Positions 25,909-35,510 of a stretch of DNA of 64,000 nucleotides are shown here, piece after piece (position 1 is the first letter of the stretch; every line of letters begins with the position of its first letter). The translations under genes were made by a program, and so were the position numbers. Source of the DNA: Eubacteriales bacterium (lineage in GTDB: Bacteria > Bacillota > Clostridia > Oscillospirales > SIG627); the NCBI GenBank assembly GCA_045660745.1, contig JAZREJ010000014.1, positions 10,342 to 74,341 on the forward strand, given 5' to 3'. Below the pieces are notes generated by a model. That model saw only the letters and a list, made by a program, of their open reading frames with translations, ran no database searches and had not been told where the DNA came from.

Positions 25909-27101
25909 AAAATCTCCGAAATATGAAGCTTTACTCCATTCTCTGCAAGCTTTTTCTGCAAAGCGGACACGTCAAGAGTTGAAAAGTCATCGGTCATAGC
26001 CGCAGCAACACCTGCTGCTTCACCGGTTACGGCACAGCACGGAATGACTCGCATAACGTCCCACAAAGTCTCATTAACACTTGTACAGCGCCCTGCGCAA
26101 ATAAGATTCTTAACAGTCTTGCTGTAAAGCGTTCTGAATGGCACCTCATATACGGGGCCTCTTCTTTTCCAGTTTGATACCATGCCTATGGAATCGTCAA
26201 AATGCTTATGGTCCTCTGTGTGGGCAAGCTCGTATTCACCTACGATTTTTCTTGTCATACGAAGCTGAGGAGTAGTGGCTATCGTTGTGGGCCAAAGAGT
26301 CGGGTCCTTTTCTCTTTTTTTCAGATAATCCACAAAAAGAACCTGATGAGAAAGCCTTGTGAAATCAGATATCTCTTCTCCGTCAAGCCCTGTAAACCTG
26401 CGGTCTATAATAGGCTTTACATCATCATCCTTCCTCTCCTCATCGGGAATATCGGATGCTCCGAGCAAAAGCAGATTATATCCCTTTTCTCCGACGTAAT
26501 AGTACCACGCCGCAAGAATATTGCCTTGCTTGAAGTTTTGTGTTGGCGCACCCGAAAAATGTGCAATGTCACAATCACCCGTGGCATCAACAATGCTTTT
26601 AACACCCCATGCAAGGCGTCCTGATTTGTTTTCGGTTATAACGTGGGATATCTTATCCCCGTCCATGTCAACACCTACGGCATAGGTTCCATACATTATA
26701 TCAACGCCGTTATCGTACAAAAGCTTTTCGGCAAGGATCGCAAAGACCTGAGCATTATATCTTACCTCAAAGCGTTTGTCCTTCTCGGTTCTCGTACCCT
26801 TACCGTCCAGCCAATTTTCGGGGTACAAAGCCTCAGCACCATACATTACCGAAAGTCTTAAAAGCTCCTCTGCAATACCGAAGCTCACCTGATGCCCAAA
26901 GCCGTCGCAAAGAGGAAGATATATGGTTACAAGGCCCGCCGTACCAAGTCCTCCGAGCATATAGCCCTTTTCGAAAAGGACGACCTTAGCACCGCTTCTT
27001 GCCGCGGCAAGAGCCGCAGATATTCCCGCAAATCCTCCGCCGCATACCGCGATGTCATAGCTTTTGTGTATTTTTATTCTGTTTTTTTCCTCAATATACA
27101 T
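25905..27101 (-). CDS. FAD-dependent oxidoreductase
   Basis: N-terminal dinucleotide-binding motif YDIAVCGGGFAGISAALAAARSGAKVVLFEKG. About 400 aa. Confidence 0.75.
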   Translation of the reverse strand: MYIEEKNRIKIHKSYDIAVCGGGFAGISAALAAARSGAKVVLFEKGYMLGGLGTAGLVTIYLPLCDGFGHQVSFGIAEELLRLSVMYGAEALYPENWLDGKGTRTEKDKRFEVRYNAQVFAILAEKLLYDNGVDIMYGTYAVGVDMDGDKISHVITENKSGRLAWGVKSIVDATGDCDIAHFSGAPTQNFKQGNILAAWYYYVGEKGYNLLLLGASDIPDEERKDDDVKPIIDRRFTGLDGEEISDFTRLSHQVLFVDYLKKREKDPTLWPTTIATTPQLRMTRKIVGEYELAHTEDHKHFDDSIGMVSNWKRRGPVYEVPFRTLYSKTVKNLICAGRCTSVNETLWDVMRVIPCCAVTGEAAGVAAAMTDDFSTLDVSALQKKLAENGVKLHISEIL

Positions 27102-27112
27102 GACTTTTCTCC

Positions 27113-28123
27113 TTATTCGTATCTTACACCGCTATCACGGGCAAATTTTTCAGACGCAGTGCCGCGCGTTAGGCTTACCTTTACCTTTTCACATCCGCGA
27201 AATACCATCCATCCGCCGGCAATAAATGAATCGGGGATATTGACCTTTTCAAGATTTACACATCCCGAAAAAGCCTTGTCGCCTATTATCTTGACCCCGT
27301 CGGGAAGCTTGACGCTCCTGAGGAAGGTGCAGTTCATAAAAGATTCCCCCCCGATAAACGTCACCCCGTCCGGGACAGTCACGTTTTCGGCTTTTCCGTA
27401 ATAGTTATACAAAATTCCGTTTGCTATAACAAAGCCGTCACCATCTGCAATTCCGGGGCAGCCGAAGAATGCGTTTGCGCCAACCTTCACACCGTTTTGG
27501 GGAAGATTGATACTCGAAAGGCGGTGACACCCGTAAAAGGCATATTCACCTATCTCCGAAATACCGCTCGGTAATATAACACTCTCAAGAGACGTGCATC
27601 CTAAAAACGTGTTGTTCCCAACAACCTTGACCCCGTTTGGAATGCGAATGCTTTTAAGGCTTTCGCAATGGTAAAAGGCATACGATCCCATCGTGCAAAC
27701 AGTGTCGGGGAGAATGACCTCGGAAAGCTTTTTGCATTCCGAAAAAGCACTCCATCCAAGAGATTTGACACCTCTCGGTACAACGATCTTTTCTAGGCTT
27801 GAGCATTCAGAAAACGCATCCTTATCAATAATCTCAATGCCGTCGGGAAGAGCTATGGATTTAAGACTCTCGCATCCAGAAAAAGCGCCGTAGCCAATGG
27901 TCTTAACGCCGTCTTTTATATCTATCCTTTCAAGATTTTTGCATCCCAAAAAAGCATTTCTGCCAATCTCGGCAATACTATTCGGAAGAGTCACCGAAGC
28001 AAGACTCTCGCATCCGGAAAAAGCGTACCAGCCAATACCTCTGACTCCATCGGGCACAGTGACGTTTTTCTCTTTTCCGTTATATTTTACAAGCTTTTCG
28101 TTTTCTATTACAAATTCAATCAT
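27113..28123 (-). CDS. BspA-type leucine-rich repeat protein (no signal peptide)
   Basis: About 13 tandem units of roughly 23 aa of the form AFxGCxSLxSIxLPxxVxxIGxx. It starts MIEFVIENEKLVKYNG with no hydrophobic leader. Confidence 0.8.
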   Translation of the reverse strand: MIEFVIENEKLVKYNGKEKNVTVPDGVRGIGWYAFSGCESLASVTLPNSIAEIGRNAFLGCKNLERIDIKDGVKTIGYGAFSGCESLKSIALPDGIEIIDKDAFSECSSLEKIVVPRGVKSLGWSAFSECKKLSEVILPDTVCTMGSYAFYHCESLKSIRIPNGVKVVGNNTFLGCTSLESVILPSGISEIGEYAFYGCHRLSSINLPQNGVKVGANAFFGCPGIADGDGFVIANGILYNYYGKAENVTVPDGVTFIGGESFMNCTFLRSVKLPDGVKIIGDKAFSGCVNLEKVNIPDSFIAGGWMVFRGCEKVKVSLTRGTASEKFARDSGVRYE

Positions 28124-28158
28124 TTGATACCCCCATTCAAGTATAAAACTTTAATACA

Positions 28159-28187
28159 ATTTTATCCTTTTATTTCTATTTTGTCAA
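28159..28187 (-). promoter_or_regulatory. sigma-A-type promoter of the LRR-led operon
   Basis: Reverse strand: TTGACA (28187-28182), 17-nt spacer, TAAAAT (28164-28159). Confidence 0.6.
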
Positions 28188-28260
28188 TGATTGATATTAA
28201 AAAAACAAAGAAAATGAGTGCTCAGCAACATTTTTTTGAGTGGTATGACAGCACCTTACA

Positions 28261-28298
28261 AAAAATCAAGGATGCGGTGTTTTTAAAACACCGCCTCC
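28261..28298 (-). terminator. intrinsic terminator after rnc
   Basis: Reverse strand: GGAGGCGGTGTT-TTAAA-AACACCGCATCC (one mismatch) followed by TTGATTTTT. Confidence 0.7.
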
Positions 28299-28314
28299 GC
28301 TTGAATCATTCGTG

Positions 28315-29061
28315 TCAAACGTTTTCTCCGAAAAGCGCAAGAGCTTCGCGTGCCGCCACCTGTTCGGCATCCTGCTTGCTTCTGCCCTGTCCCTCACCTA
28401 TGGTATTTGAATTAAGCATTACTCTGACAACAAATGTCTTATCGTGGTCGGGCCCGAAAGAACGTACCTGCACATACTCGAGCTTATCTCCCTTTGAGTT
28501 CTGTACTATCTGCTGAAGCGCTCCCTTGTAATTGACTATACCGCCTCTCTTACGGGTAGAAAGCATTTCATCTATTCTTGAAAGTACAGCCATCATAACA
28601 ACCGGTCTTACCGTATCAACGTCAAATCCACTGTCGATAAACACCGCCGCAAAAAGCGCCTCGGAAGCGTCCGCAAGTATGGATTTACGATTTCTTCCGT
28701 CGGTCTTTTCCTCCCCGTTTCCGAGAAGAAGGTATTCGCCAAGTCCTATACTCTTTGCAAAAGCAAAAAGAGCATCCTCGCACACAGCAAATGCGCGAAG
28801 CTTTGTAAGCTCTCCTTCGGGAAGAGAGGTCAAGGATGTGAAAATATACTGAGACACCACAAGTGAGAGTACCGAATCTCCCAGAAATTCAAGGCGCTCA
28901 TTACACGGAATGTTTATTTTCTGAGAGCGCTTTTCATTAGAATAGGAGGAATGAGTAAGTGCCTCCCACAAAAGGCTTTTATTCTTGAATCTGTAATCTA
29001 TCTTTCCCTCAAGGATGTCACAGTTTGCCATAAACTCGGGAGAATATGCGCTCTTAATCAT
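28315..29061 (-). CDS. rnc: ribonuclease III
   Basis: RNase III signature NERLEFLGDSVLSLVVS plus a C-terminal dsRBD (GPDHDKTFVVRVMLNSNTIGEGQGRSKQDAEQVAAREAL). Confidence 0.93.
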   Translation of the reverse strand: MIKSAYSPEFMANCDILEGKIDYRFKNKSLLWEALTHSSYSNEKRSQKINIPCNERLEFLGDSVLSLVVSQYIFTSLTSLPEGELTKLRAFAVCEDALFAFAKSIGLGEYLLLGNGEEKTDGRNRKSILADASEALFAAVFIDSGFDVDTVRPVVMMAVLSRIDEMLSTRKRGGIVNYKGALQQIVQNSKGDKLEYVQVRSFGPDHDKTFVVRVMLNSNTIGEGQGRSKQDAEQVAAREALALFGENV

Positions 29062-30073
29062 TTTCTGCCTCTTTTCTGTTATTGCGCCAGGAATCTGCCA
29101 CTTCGGAAATTTCTCCTACAACACCGGTATCAACAAAGGCTATTGCCTGACGGCATGCAGAAAACAGAGCCTTCTCGCCTGAGTTACCGTGCGCCTTTAT
29201 AACAGGCTTTGCAACTCCGAGAAGCGGTGCTCCGCCATACTCGGTATAATCCATTCTCTTTTTAAGAGCTTTTGCCTCTTTTGACAGGAACAGTGCGGCT
29301 ATCTTGGTTTTGATATTTTTGAAAAGAAGTCCTTTAAGGGTTGCCGACAAGAACTTACCAAAGCCCTCAACGAGCTTAAGTATTATATTTCCCGTATATC
29401 CGTCTGCAACAAGCACATCGCACACGTCTTCAACAACGTCGCGTCCTTCTATGTTTCCTATAAAATTAATGCTCTTATCCTGTGAAAGGATACCGTATGT
29501 CTCGCATACAAGGGCGGTACCCTTAGTCTCCTCGGTTCCGTTGTTGATAAGGGCAACTCTCGGATTTTCGAGCGAGAGCATATTTTTTGCATATATAGAG
29601 CCCATAACGGCAAACTGATGCATACTTTTTGCATCGGGCTCAACGTTTGCACCCGAATCCACAAGCAAAAACGGCTTATTCAAGGGAATGAGTGCGCCGA
29701 TACAAGCCGCCTTCACGCCCTTTATCTTTCTGAGTATAAGGGTTGCACCCGCAACGAGTGCGCCCGTATTTCCGGTGGAAATAAACGCATCTCCTTCTCC
29801 GTCACGCAGAAGAGCAAGTCCCGTTGACATGGAAGAATCCTTCTTTGATTTTATGACTACAAGATAGTCATCCTCCATAGTTACCACTGATTCGGCATGT
29901 ACTATCCTTATTTCTTCTTCTTTTCTGTTTATCTGTTCAAGTGCCGATCTGATACTGTCCTCTTTGCCAACGAGAGTTATGTCACAGCCAAGCTCATCAA
30001 GGGCGCGGAAGGCTCCCTTTACAGCCTCAACAGGTGCGGCATCTCCGCTCATTACGTCAATTATCAGTCTCAT
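29054..30073 (-). CDS. plsX: phosphate acyltransferase PlsX
   Basis: MRLIIDVMSGDAAPVEAVKGA..., NIEGRDV, VIKAHGNS. Overlaps the rnc start by 8 nt. Confidence 0.92.
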   Translation of the reverse strand: MRLIIDVMSGDAAPVEAVKGAFRALDELGCDITLVGKEDSIRSALEQINRKEEEIRIVHAESVVTMEDDYLVVIKSKKDSSMSTGLALLRDGEGDAFISTGNTGALVAGATLILRKIKGVKAACIGALIPLNKPFLLVDSGANVEPDAKSMHQFAVMGSIYAKNMLSLENPRVALINNGTEETKGTALVCETYGILSQDKSINFIGNIEGRDVVEDVCDVLVADGYTGNIILKLVEGFGKFLSATLKGLLFKNIKTKIAALFLSKEAKALKKRMDYTEYGGAPLLGVAKPVIKAHGNSGEKALFSACRQAIAFVDTGVVGEISEVADSWRNNRKEAEND

Positions 30074-30074
30074 C

Positions 30075-31388
30075 TTAAATCTCCTTAATTATGTTATCAA
30101 TACGTTCAAGAGCGCGTCTTGATATCTCAGCGTTTCTTGCACTCTTTCCGCCCTTTACCTTTTTGTCAAGGGGAGTGATTATTCCGAAGTTCACGTTCAT
30201 AGGCTGAAATTTAACAACCGACGGATTGGAAACGTAGTTTGAAAGAGCGCCGATAGCGGTTGTGGAATCAAAGGCAACAAGCTCCTGCCCGAGAGCCTGT
30301 CTTGCGGCGTTAAGCCCCGCAAGAAGTCCCGAGCTTGCCGATTCAAGGTATCCCTCAACTCCGGTCATCTGTCCCGCAAAGAAAATATTTTTCGCCTTCT
30401 TTAAGCGGTAGAAGTTATCAAGAAGCTTGGGTGAATCAATAAACGTATTGCGGTGCATTACACCATAGCGCAAGAATGAAGCGTTTTTAAGCGCCGGTAT
30501 AAGTCCGAATACTCTCTTCTGCTCACCAAAGGTGAGATGGGTCTGGAAGCCTACGATATTGTACATTGTAGCAGAGCTGTTATCCTGTCTGAGCTGTACG
30601 ACGGCATAAGGCTCACGTCCCGTGCGTGGGTCGGTGAGACCTACAGGCTTCATGGGGCCAAACAAAAGAGTATCGTGTCCTCGGGACGCCATTACCTCAA
30701 CAGGCATACACGCCTCAAAAACCTTCGGGTCTTCTTCCTCAAAGCCGTGAAGATGTGCGGTCTCGGCAGTTATAAGCTCCCGCCAGAACAAATCGTATTC
30801 CTCGCGTGTCATCGGGCAGTTTATGTATGCCGCCTCCCCTTTATCCCACCTCGAAGCAATAAACGCGGTGGAAAAATCTATGGAATCCTTTTCAACAATC
30901 GGAGCAGCTGCATCGTAAAAAGACAGGGAATCGGTATCAAGATAGCCCGAGAGAAACTCAGCGAAAACGCCGTCGGTAAGAGGACCAGTTGCAACAACGG
31001 TTATCTCATCCTCATCAATAGACGTCACTTCCTCCGACACCACTTCTATATTTTCGTTATTATTGATTTTTTCTGTGATATATTTTGAAAAGCCCTCTCT
31101 GTCCACAGCAAGACAGCCCCCCGCGGGTACACGGCAGACGTGTGCCGCTTCCATCACGAGGCTGGATAGCTTCGTCATCTCCGCTTTAAGAAGTCCTACG
31201 GCATTTTCAAGGCTGTCGGAGCGCAGAGAGTTTGAACAAACAAGCTCTGCCATATAGGGAGAGGTATGTGCGGGAGAATATCTGCGGGGCTTCATCTCAT
31301 AAAGCTTGACCTTGACCCCGAGTCGGGAAGCCTGCCATGCCGCTTCAACACCCGCAAGTCCCGCACCTATTACTTTGATACTACTCAT
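30075..31388 (-). CDS. trmFO: methylenetetrahydrofolate--tRNA-(uracil-5-)-methyltransferase TrmFO
   Basis: IKVIGAGLAGVEAAWQ FAD motif. Length and sequence are typical of TrmFO/Gid. It follows topA as in Bacillus. Confidence 0.92.
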   Translation of the reverse strand: MSSIKVIGAGLAGVEAAWQASRLGVKVKLYEMKPRRYSPAHTSPYMAELVCSNSLRSDSLENAVGLLKAEMTKLSSLVMEAAHVCRVPAGGCLAVDREGFSKYITEKINNNENIEVVSEEVTSIDEDEITVVATGPLTDGVFAEFLSGYLDTDSLSFYDAAAPIVEKDSIDFSTAFIASRWDKGEAAYINCPMTREEYDLFWRELITAETAHLHGFEEEDPKVFEACMPVEVMASRGHDTLLFGPMKPVGLTDPRTGREPYAVVQLRQDNSSATMYNIVGFQTHLTFGEQKRVFGLIPALKNASFLRYGVMHRNTFIDSPKLLDNFYRLKKAKNIFFAGQMTGVEGYLESASSGLLAGLNAARQALGQELVAFDSTTAIGALSNYVSNPSVVKFQPMNVNFGIITPLDKKVKGGKSARNAEISRRALERIDNIIKEI

Positions 31389-33643
31389 TTCTTCTCCTGT
31401 TTTGTCTTTTTAAGAGTTGGGCAGGAACGGTTGGAGCACACAGGGGCGTCTCCCGGCTTCTTTACTACCATATAGCCCTCGTTACAGTCGGGACACTTTT
31501 CACCCGTGGGCATATACCAAGTTGAAAAATCGCATTCGGGATATCTGTCACATCCGTAGAACACACGCTTGCCCGCGCGCTTCATTATTACGTTGCCCGA
31601 ACACTTTGGGCACTTAACTCCCGCTTCACGCGAAAGCTGCTTTGTATACTTACACTTGGGGTAATTCTCGCAAGCGTAAAACTCGCCGTAGCGTCCCTTT
31701 CTGAGCAACACCTTCGCACCGCAATCAGGACAGGTCATGCCGTCCACGGGAGTTGCCTCCTTCTTTTCCACAGGCTTACCGGTCGAATCAAGAGGCTTGG
31801 TGTTTTTGCATTCGGGATAGTTGGGACAAGCCGCAAACTGACCGAAGCGTCCTCTTTTTACTACCATCTTGGCGCCGCACTTTTCACAAACGATGTCAAG
31901 CTCCTTTTCGGTAGTCTTGGGAGATATCCTCTCTGCCTCCTTTTCAGCTTTATCCAAAAGTGCTGAAAAGTCACGGTAAAAGTTTTCAAGCATAGTAGTC
32001 CATTCAAGCTTACCTTCTGCTATATTATCAAGCTCGACTTCAAGATTTGCCGTGAATTTATAGTCTATTATCTTTGCAAAATAATCCGACATTATCTCAG
32101 TTATGACTTCTCCGAGAGCAGTAGGCTTGAAGAATTTTCCCTCACGCTCAATATAGTCTCGCGCCAGAATAGTGGTAATGGTAGGAGCATAGGTAGAAGG
32201 ACGGCCTATTCCCTTTTCCTCAAAGACCTTTATAAGGGTAGCTTCGGTGTATCTCAAGGGAGGCTGTGAAAATTTCTGCTTCGGTATAATTTCGAGAAGA
32301 CGGAGAGGGTCGTTTTCTGAAAGAGGCGGGAATTTTATATTCTCCTCGTCCTCATCCTCCTCGTCGGGAGTAACGTTGTAAAGACTCATAAAACCGTCGA
32401 ATTTAAGACTTTCGCCTCTGCCTGTGAAGGTAAAGGAATCCTTTGCGGTCGCTGCCTCGACTTCAACTGTGAGAGTATCATAAATCGCCGCCTCCATCTG
32501 GCTTGCAACGAATCTGCACCAGATAAGCCTGTAAAGCTTGTACTGATCTGAGGAAAGATATTCCTTGATGCTGTCGGGAGTAATTGTAACGTCGGAGGGA
32601 CGGATGGCTTCGTGTGCATCCTGTGAGTTATTACGAGCCTTGTAAACACGGCGTGTCTTTGGATAATACTTTTCACCGTAATTTGCCTTTATAAAGCTGC
32701 AAGCTGCCTCTGCCGCGTCATCCGAAACTCTTACCGAGTCTGTACGCATATAGGTTATAAGACCGTGCTCTCCACGCTTTCCGAGTGAAACGCCCTCGTA
32801 AAGCTCCTGAGCGATATGCATGGTCTTTTTAGACTGAAAATTAAGCTTGCGGTTAGCCTCCTGCTGAAGATGCGAGGTGGTGAAGGGAGGTGCGGGAACC
32901 TTTTTCTTTGACCCCTTCTTCAAAATAGCAACACGGCATACAGCGCCTTCAAGACGAGAAAGCACTGCATCGCTCTCTTCTTTGTTGGTGAGTGCTATCT
33001 TTCCGCGCGAGTCGGAGGTAAGATGAAGCTTGAAGGAACGCTTTGCCTCTGTTTCAAACACTCCGTCAAGTGTCCATGACTCCTCGGAAACAAAATTGTT
33101 TATTTCCTTTTCTCTCTCAACAATAAGCTTTGCGGCAACCGACTGAACACGTCCTGCCGAAAGTCCGTTTCTTACCTTCTTCCAGAGCAAGGGACTTATC
33201 TTATAGCCCACTATTCTATCAAGAAGACGGCGTGTCTGCTGAGAATCAACAAGGTCCATATTGATAGCGGTAGGATGAGCTATTGCCTCTTTTACCGCCT
33301 TTTTAGTTACCTCGTTGAAGGATGCTCTGAGGGTCTTTGACTCGTCAAGTCCGAGAACGGTTGCAAGATGCCAAGAAATTGCCTCTCCCTCTCGGTCAGG
33401 GTCGGTTGCAAGGTATACCTTATCCGCAAGCTTCGCCTCGCGTTTAAGCTCGTTTATAAGCTCTGCCTTGCCCCTTATATTTATATATTTTGCATTAAAA
33501 TTATTTTCAATGTCAATTCCAAGGGTGCTCTTTGGAAGGTCTCGAACATGTCCTTTACTTGCAAGCACCTTATAGTTTGAACCAAGGTATCCCTTGATGG
33601 TGCTCGCTTTTGAGGGGGACTCAACAATAACAAGATTTGCCAT
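31385..33643 (-). CDS. topA: DNA topoisomerase I
   Basis: Trimmed to MANLVIVESPSKA (AAAGGAGAAAAT upstream). Toprim and topo IA core, plus C-terminal CxxC zinc-ribbon repeats. Confidence 0.95.
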   Translation of the reverse strand: MANLVIVESPSKASTIKGYLGSNYKVLASKGHVRDLPKSTLGIDIENNFNAKYINIRGKAELINELKREAKLADKVYLATDPDREGEAISWHLATVLGLDESKTLRASFNEVTKKAVKEAIAHPTAINMDLVDSQQTRRLLDRIVGYKISPLLWKKVRNGLSAGRVQSVAAKLIVEREKEINNFVSEESWTLDGVFETEAKRSFKLHLTSDSRGKIALTNKEESDAVLSRLEGAVCRVAILKKGSKKKVPAPPFTTSHLQQEANRKLNFQSKKTMHIAQELYEGVSLGKRGEHGLITYMRTDSVRVSDDAAEAACSFIKANYGEKYYPKTRRVYKARNNSQDAHEAIRPSDVTITPDSIKEYLSSDQYKLYRLIWCRFVASQMEAAIYDTLTVEVEAATAKDSFTFTGRGESLKFDGFMSLYNVTPDEEDEDEENIKFPPLSENDPLRLLEIIPKQKFSQPPLRYTEATLIKVFEEKGIGRPSTYAPTITTILARDYIEREGKFFKPTALGEVITEIMSDYFAKIIDYKFTANLEVELDNIAEGKLEWTTMLENFYRDFSALLDKAEKEAERISPKTTEKELDIVCEKCGAKMVVKRGRFGQFAACPNYPECKNTKPLDSTGKPVEKKEATPVDGMTCPDCGAKVLLRKGRYGEFYACENYPKCKYTKQLSREAGVKCPKCSGNVIMKRAGKRVFYGCDRYPECDFSTWYMPTGEKCPDCNEGYMVVKKPGDAPVCSNRSCPTLKKTKQEKK

Positions 33644-33654
33644 ATTTTCTCCTT

Positions 33655-34755
33655 TTACCATTTCTTACCGTATCTGTTACCGGGTAATTCTTCTATTTCT
33701 CCGCATAGCTCAAGCTGTGTGAGCGCTACGAGTATTTTATTTATTTTAAATTCATCAGTCACCATTCTGTCGGGAATATTGCGTCCCTCAAGAATACAAA
33801 GCATCACATGGTCTTTAACGGGTGAGCCGTAACTTTGCGCACCTTCGGAAACGTCTTTTTGTACAGACCTCGACTCTTCTTTTGCAGCTGTTTCTTTTGT
33901 GATAATTTCCTTTTTTCGGGGTACGTTACACCTCACGTCTATCACAAACGCGCCATTCTCCGTAAGCATTCTGCATCCGGAAAAGCTGTCCCCGTCAATA
34001 TTCGGGGCATACACGGGAATACCGTACGTTTTCGCATACTGTGCGGTTATGAGGGCACCGCTTTCTTCGGGCGCCTCGGGGATGTATACCTTTTTTGAAA
34101 GTCCTGCGATTATTCTGTTTCGTGCAGGAAACCATCGTGCACCCGTTCCGGGAGGATATTCCGATATGACCGCTCCGCCGCATCGCACTATTTCAGAAAA
34201 CATACGCTCGTTTTTTTGCGGATATACCTTGTCTATATCGCATCCGAGTACAGCAATACAAGGACTTTTATTCTCAAGCGCGGTTATAAGGCCAACCGTA
34301 TCAATGCCCTCCGCTCCTCCACTTACCACGGTGCATCCTTCATCTGTAAGCTCAGTCGCAAGGCGTTCCGCAAGACATTCTCCTTCATACGTTGAGGAAC
34401 GTGTTCCAACAAAGCCGACACAGTTTTCCGAATTCAGAATACTTGCATCTCCTCTGACGTAGAGTACTATTGGAGGGTCGGGAATTTTCTTGAGCATCAT
34501 CGGATAATCACTGTCAAAAAGCGATATTATCCGAATACGCTTCATATCGCAATACCTAAGTATCTGCATTGCACGTTCAAGCCCCTTAAAGGATAGTCTT
34601 TTAACCTGCTTATCAGTAAATCCTTTTTCACAAAGTGTCTTTGCATCAGAGCCGTATATATCGAAAACCGAGTATTTTTCAAGCTTTTTCGACGCCGTCG
34701 GAAGGAAATTCATCGCATCGGCATACCACACAAGATACAAAAGCTCGTTTTTCAA
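33655..34755 (-). CDS. dprA: DNA-processing protein DprA (Smf)
   Basis: Rossmann-like core VGFVGTRSSTYEGECLAERLATELTDEGCTVVSGGAEGID...FPARNRIIAGLS. Confidence 0.9.
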   Translation of the reverse strand: MKNELLYLVWYADAMNFLPTASKKLEKYSVFDIYGSDAKTLCEKGFTDKQVKRLSFKGLERAMQILRYCDMKRIRIISLFDSDYPMMLKKIPDPPIVLYVRGDASILNSENCVGFVGTRSSTYEGECLAERLATELTDEGCTVVSGGAEGIDTVGLITALENKSPCIAVLGCDIDKVYPQKNERMFSEIVRCGGAVISEYPPGTGARWFPARNRIIAGLSKKVYIPEAPEESGALITAQYAKTYGIPVYAPNIDGDSFSGCRMLTENGAFVIDVRCNVPRKKEIITKETAAKEESRSVQKDVSEGAQSYGSPVKDHVMLCILEGRNIPDRMVTDEFKINKILVALTQLELCGEIEELPGNRYGKKW

Positions 34756-35510
34756 AATTTCCCCCTCTTTCTCATGGCATCGTAGAGTATGACCGAAGCC
34801 GCTGTGGACGCATTCAGACTTTCAACGTTGGAAATGGGGATTATGATACGCGCGTGGCTTTTTTCAAGTGCTTTTTCCGAAAGCCCGTGACCCTCGTTAC
34901 CTATCATTATGCATGCGCGTGAGGTGTCAAAATCCGCAACGTCCTGCGCATCGGAGGTAAGAGCGGCGGCATATATCTTCATGCCCGAAACCGATTCAAG
35001 CGCTGTGTCAATACTGTCAAATGATACGTAGGGCATACGGAAAATCGCTCCCATTGTAGCTCTCACGGTCTTTGGAGACCAAACATCGGAAGAGGAAACT
35101 CCTATCACCTGACGGCAACCGAATGCTGCTGCGGAACGAAGCACGGTACCAAGGTTCCCCGGGTCCTGCATTTCCTCAAGGAGAAGCACGCAGGAATCCC
35201 TTTCGGGGGTAAGAGTGAATTTTTTAAATACACAAAGAAGACCCTCCGGAGCACTCTGACCGCTCATTTTTTCATACACCTCATCGGTTACTGAATAAAG
35301 TGTTTCGGCTTTTATTTCATCGGGAGAAGAAAAAGAATCGGCAACAAATGCTTCTGTCGGAACAAATCCCGCCGATACGGCTTCTCTGTAAAGCTTTATA
35401 CCCTCGGTAAAAAAGCAGCCCGTTTCCTCTCTTCCCTTGGACGTTGATAAGGAGGCCACGCGTTTTACGGTATCGTTTTTTCGGGAGGTGATCCTGATTT
35501 TTTCGGTCAT
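34752..35510 (-). CDS. TrmH/SpoU family RNA 2'-O-methyltransferase
   Basis: SpoU motifs are present: LLLEEMQDPGNLGTVLRSAAAFG, IMIGNEGHGLS, IPISNVESLNASTAASVILY. Confidence 0.85.
   Translation of the reverse strand: MTEKIRITSRKNDTVKRVASLSTSKGREETGCFFTEGIKLYREAVSAGFVPTEAFVADSFSSPDEIKAETLYSVTDEVYEKMSGQSAPEGLLCVFKKFTLTPERDSCVLLLEEMQDPGNLGTVLRSAAAFGCRQVIGVSSSDVWSPKTVRATMGAIFRMPYVSFDSIDTALESVSGMKIYAAALTSDAQDVADFDTSRACIMIGNEGHGLSEKALEKSHARIIIPISNVESLNASTAASVILYDAMRKRGKF

Noticed and set aside
27113-28123. Periodic about 69-bp repeats; also the three roughly 1.5-kb SBP repeats at 49851-54542, considered as CRISPR or other non-coding arrays
   Set aside because: The periodicity is in-frame LRR units and whole-gene paralogs. 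There are no short identical repeats separated by unique spacers and no cas genes.
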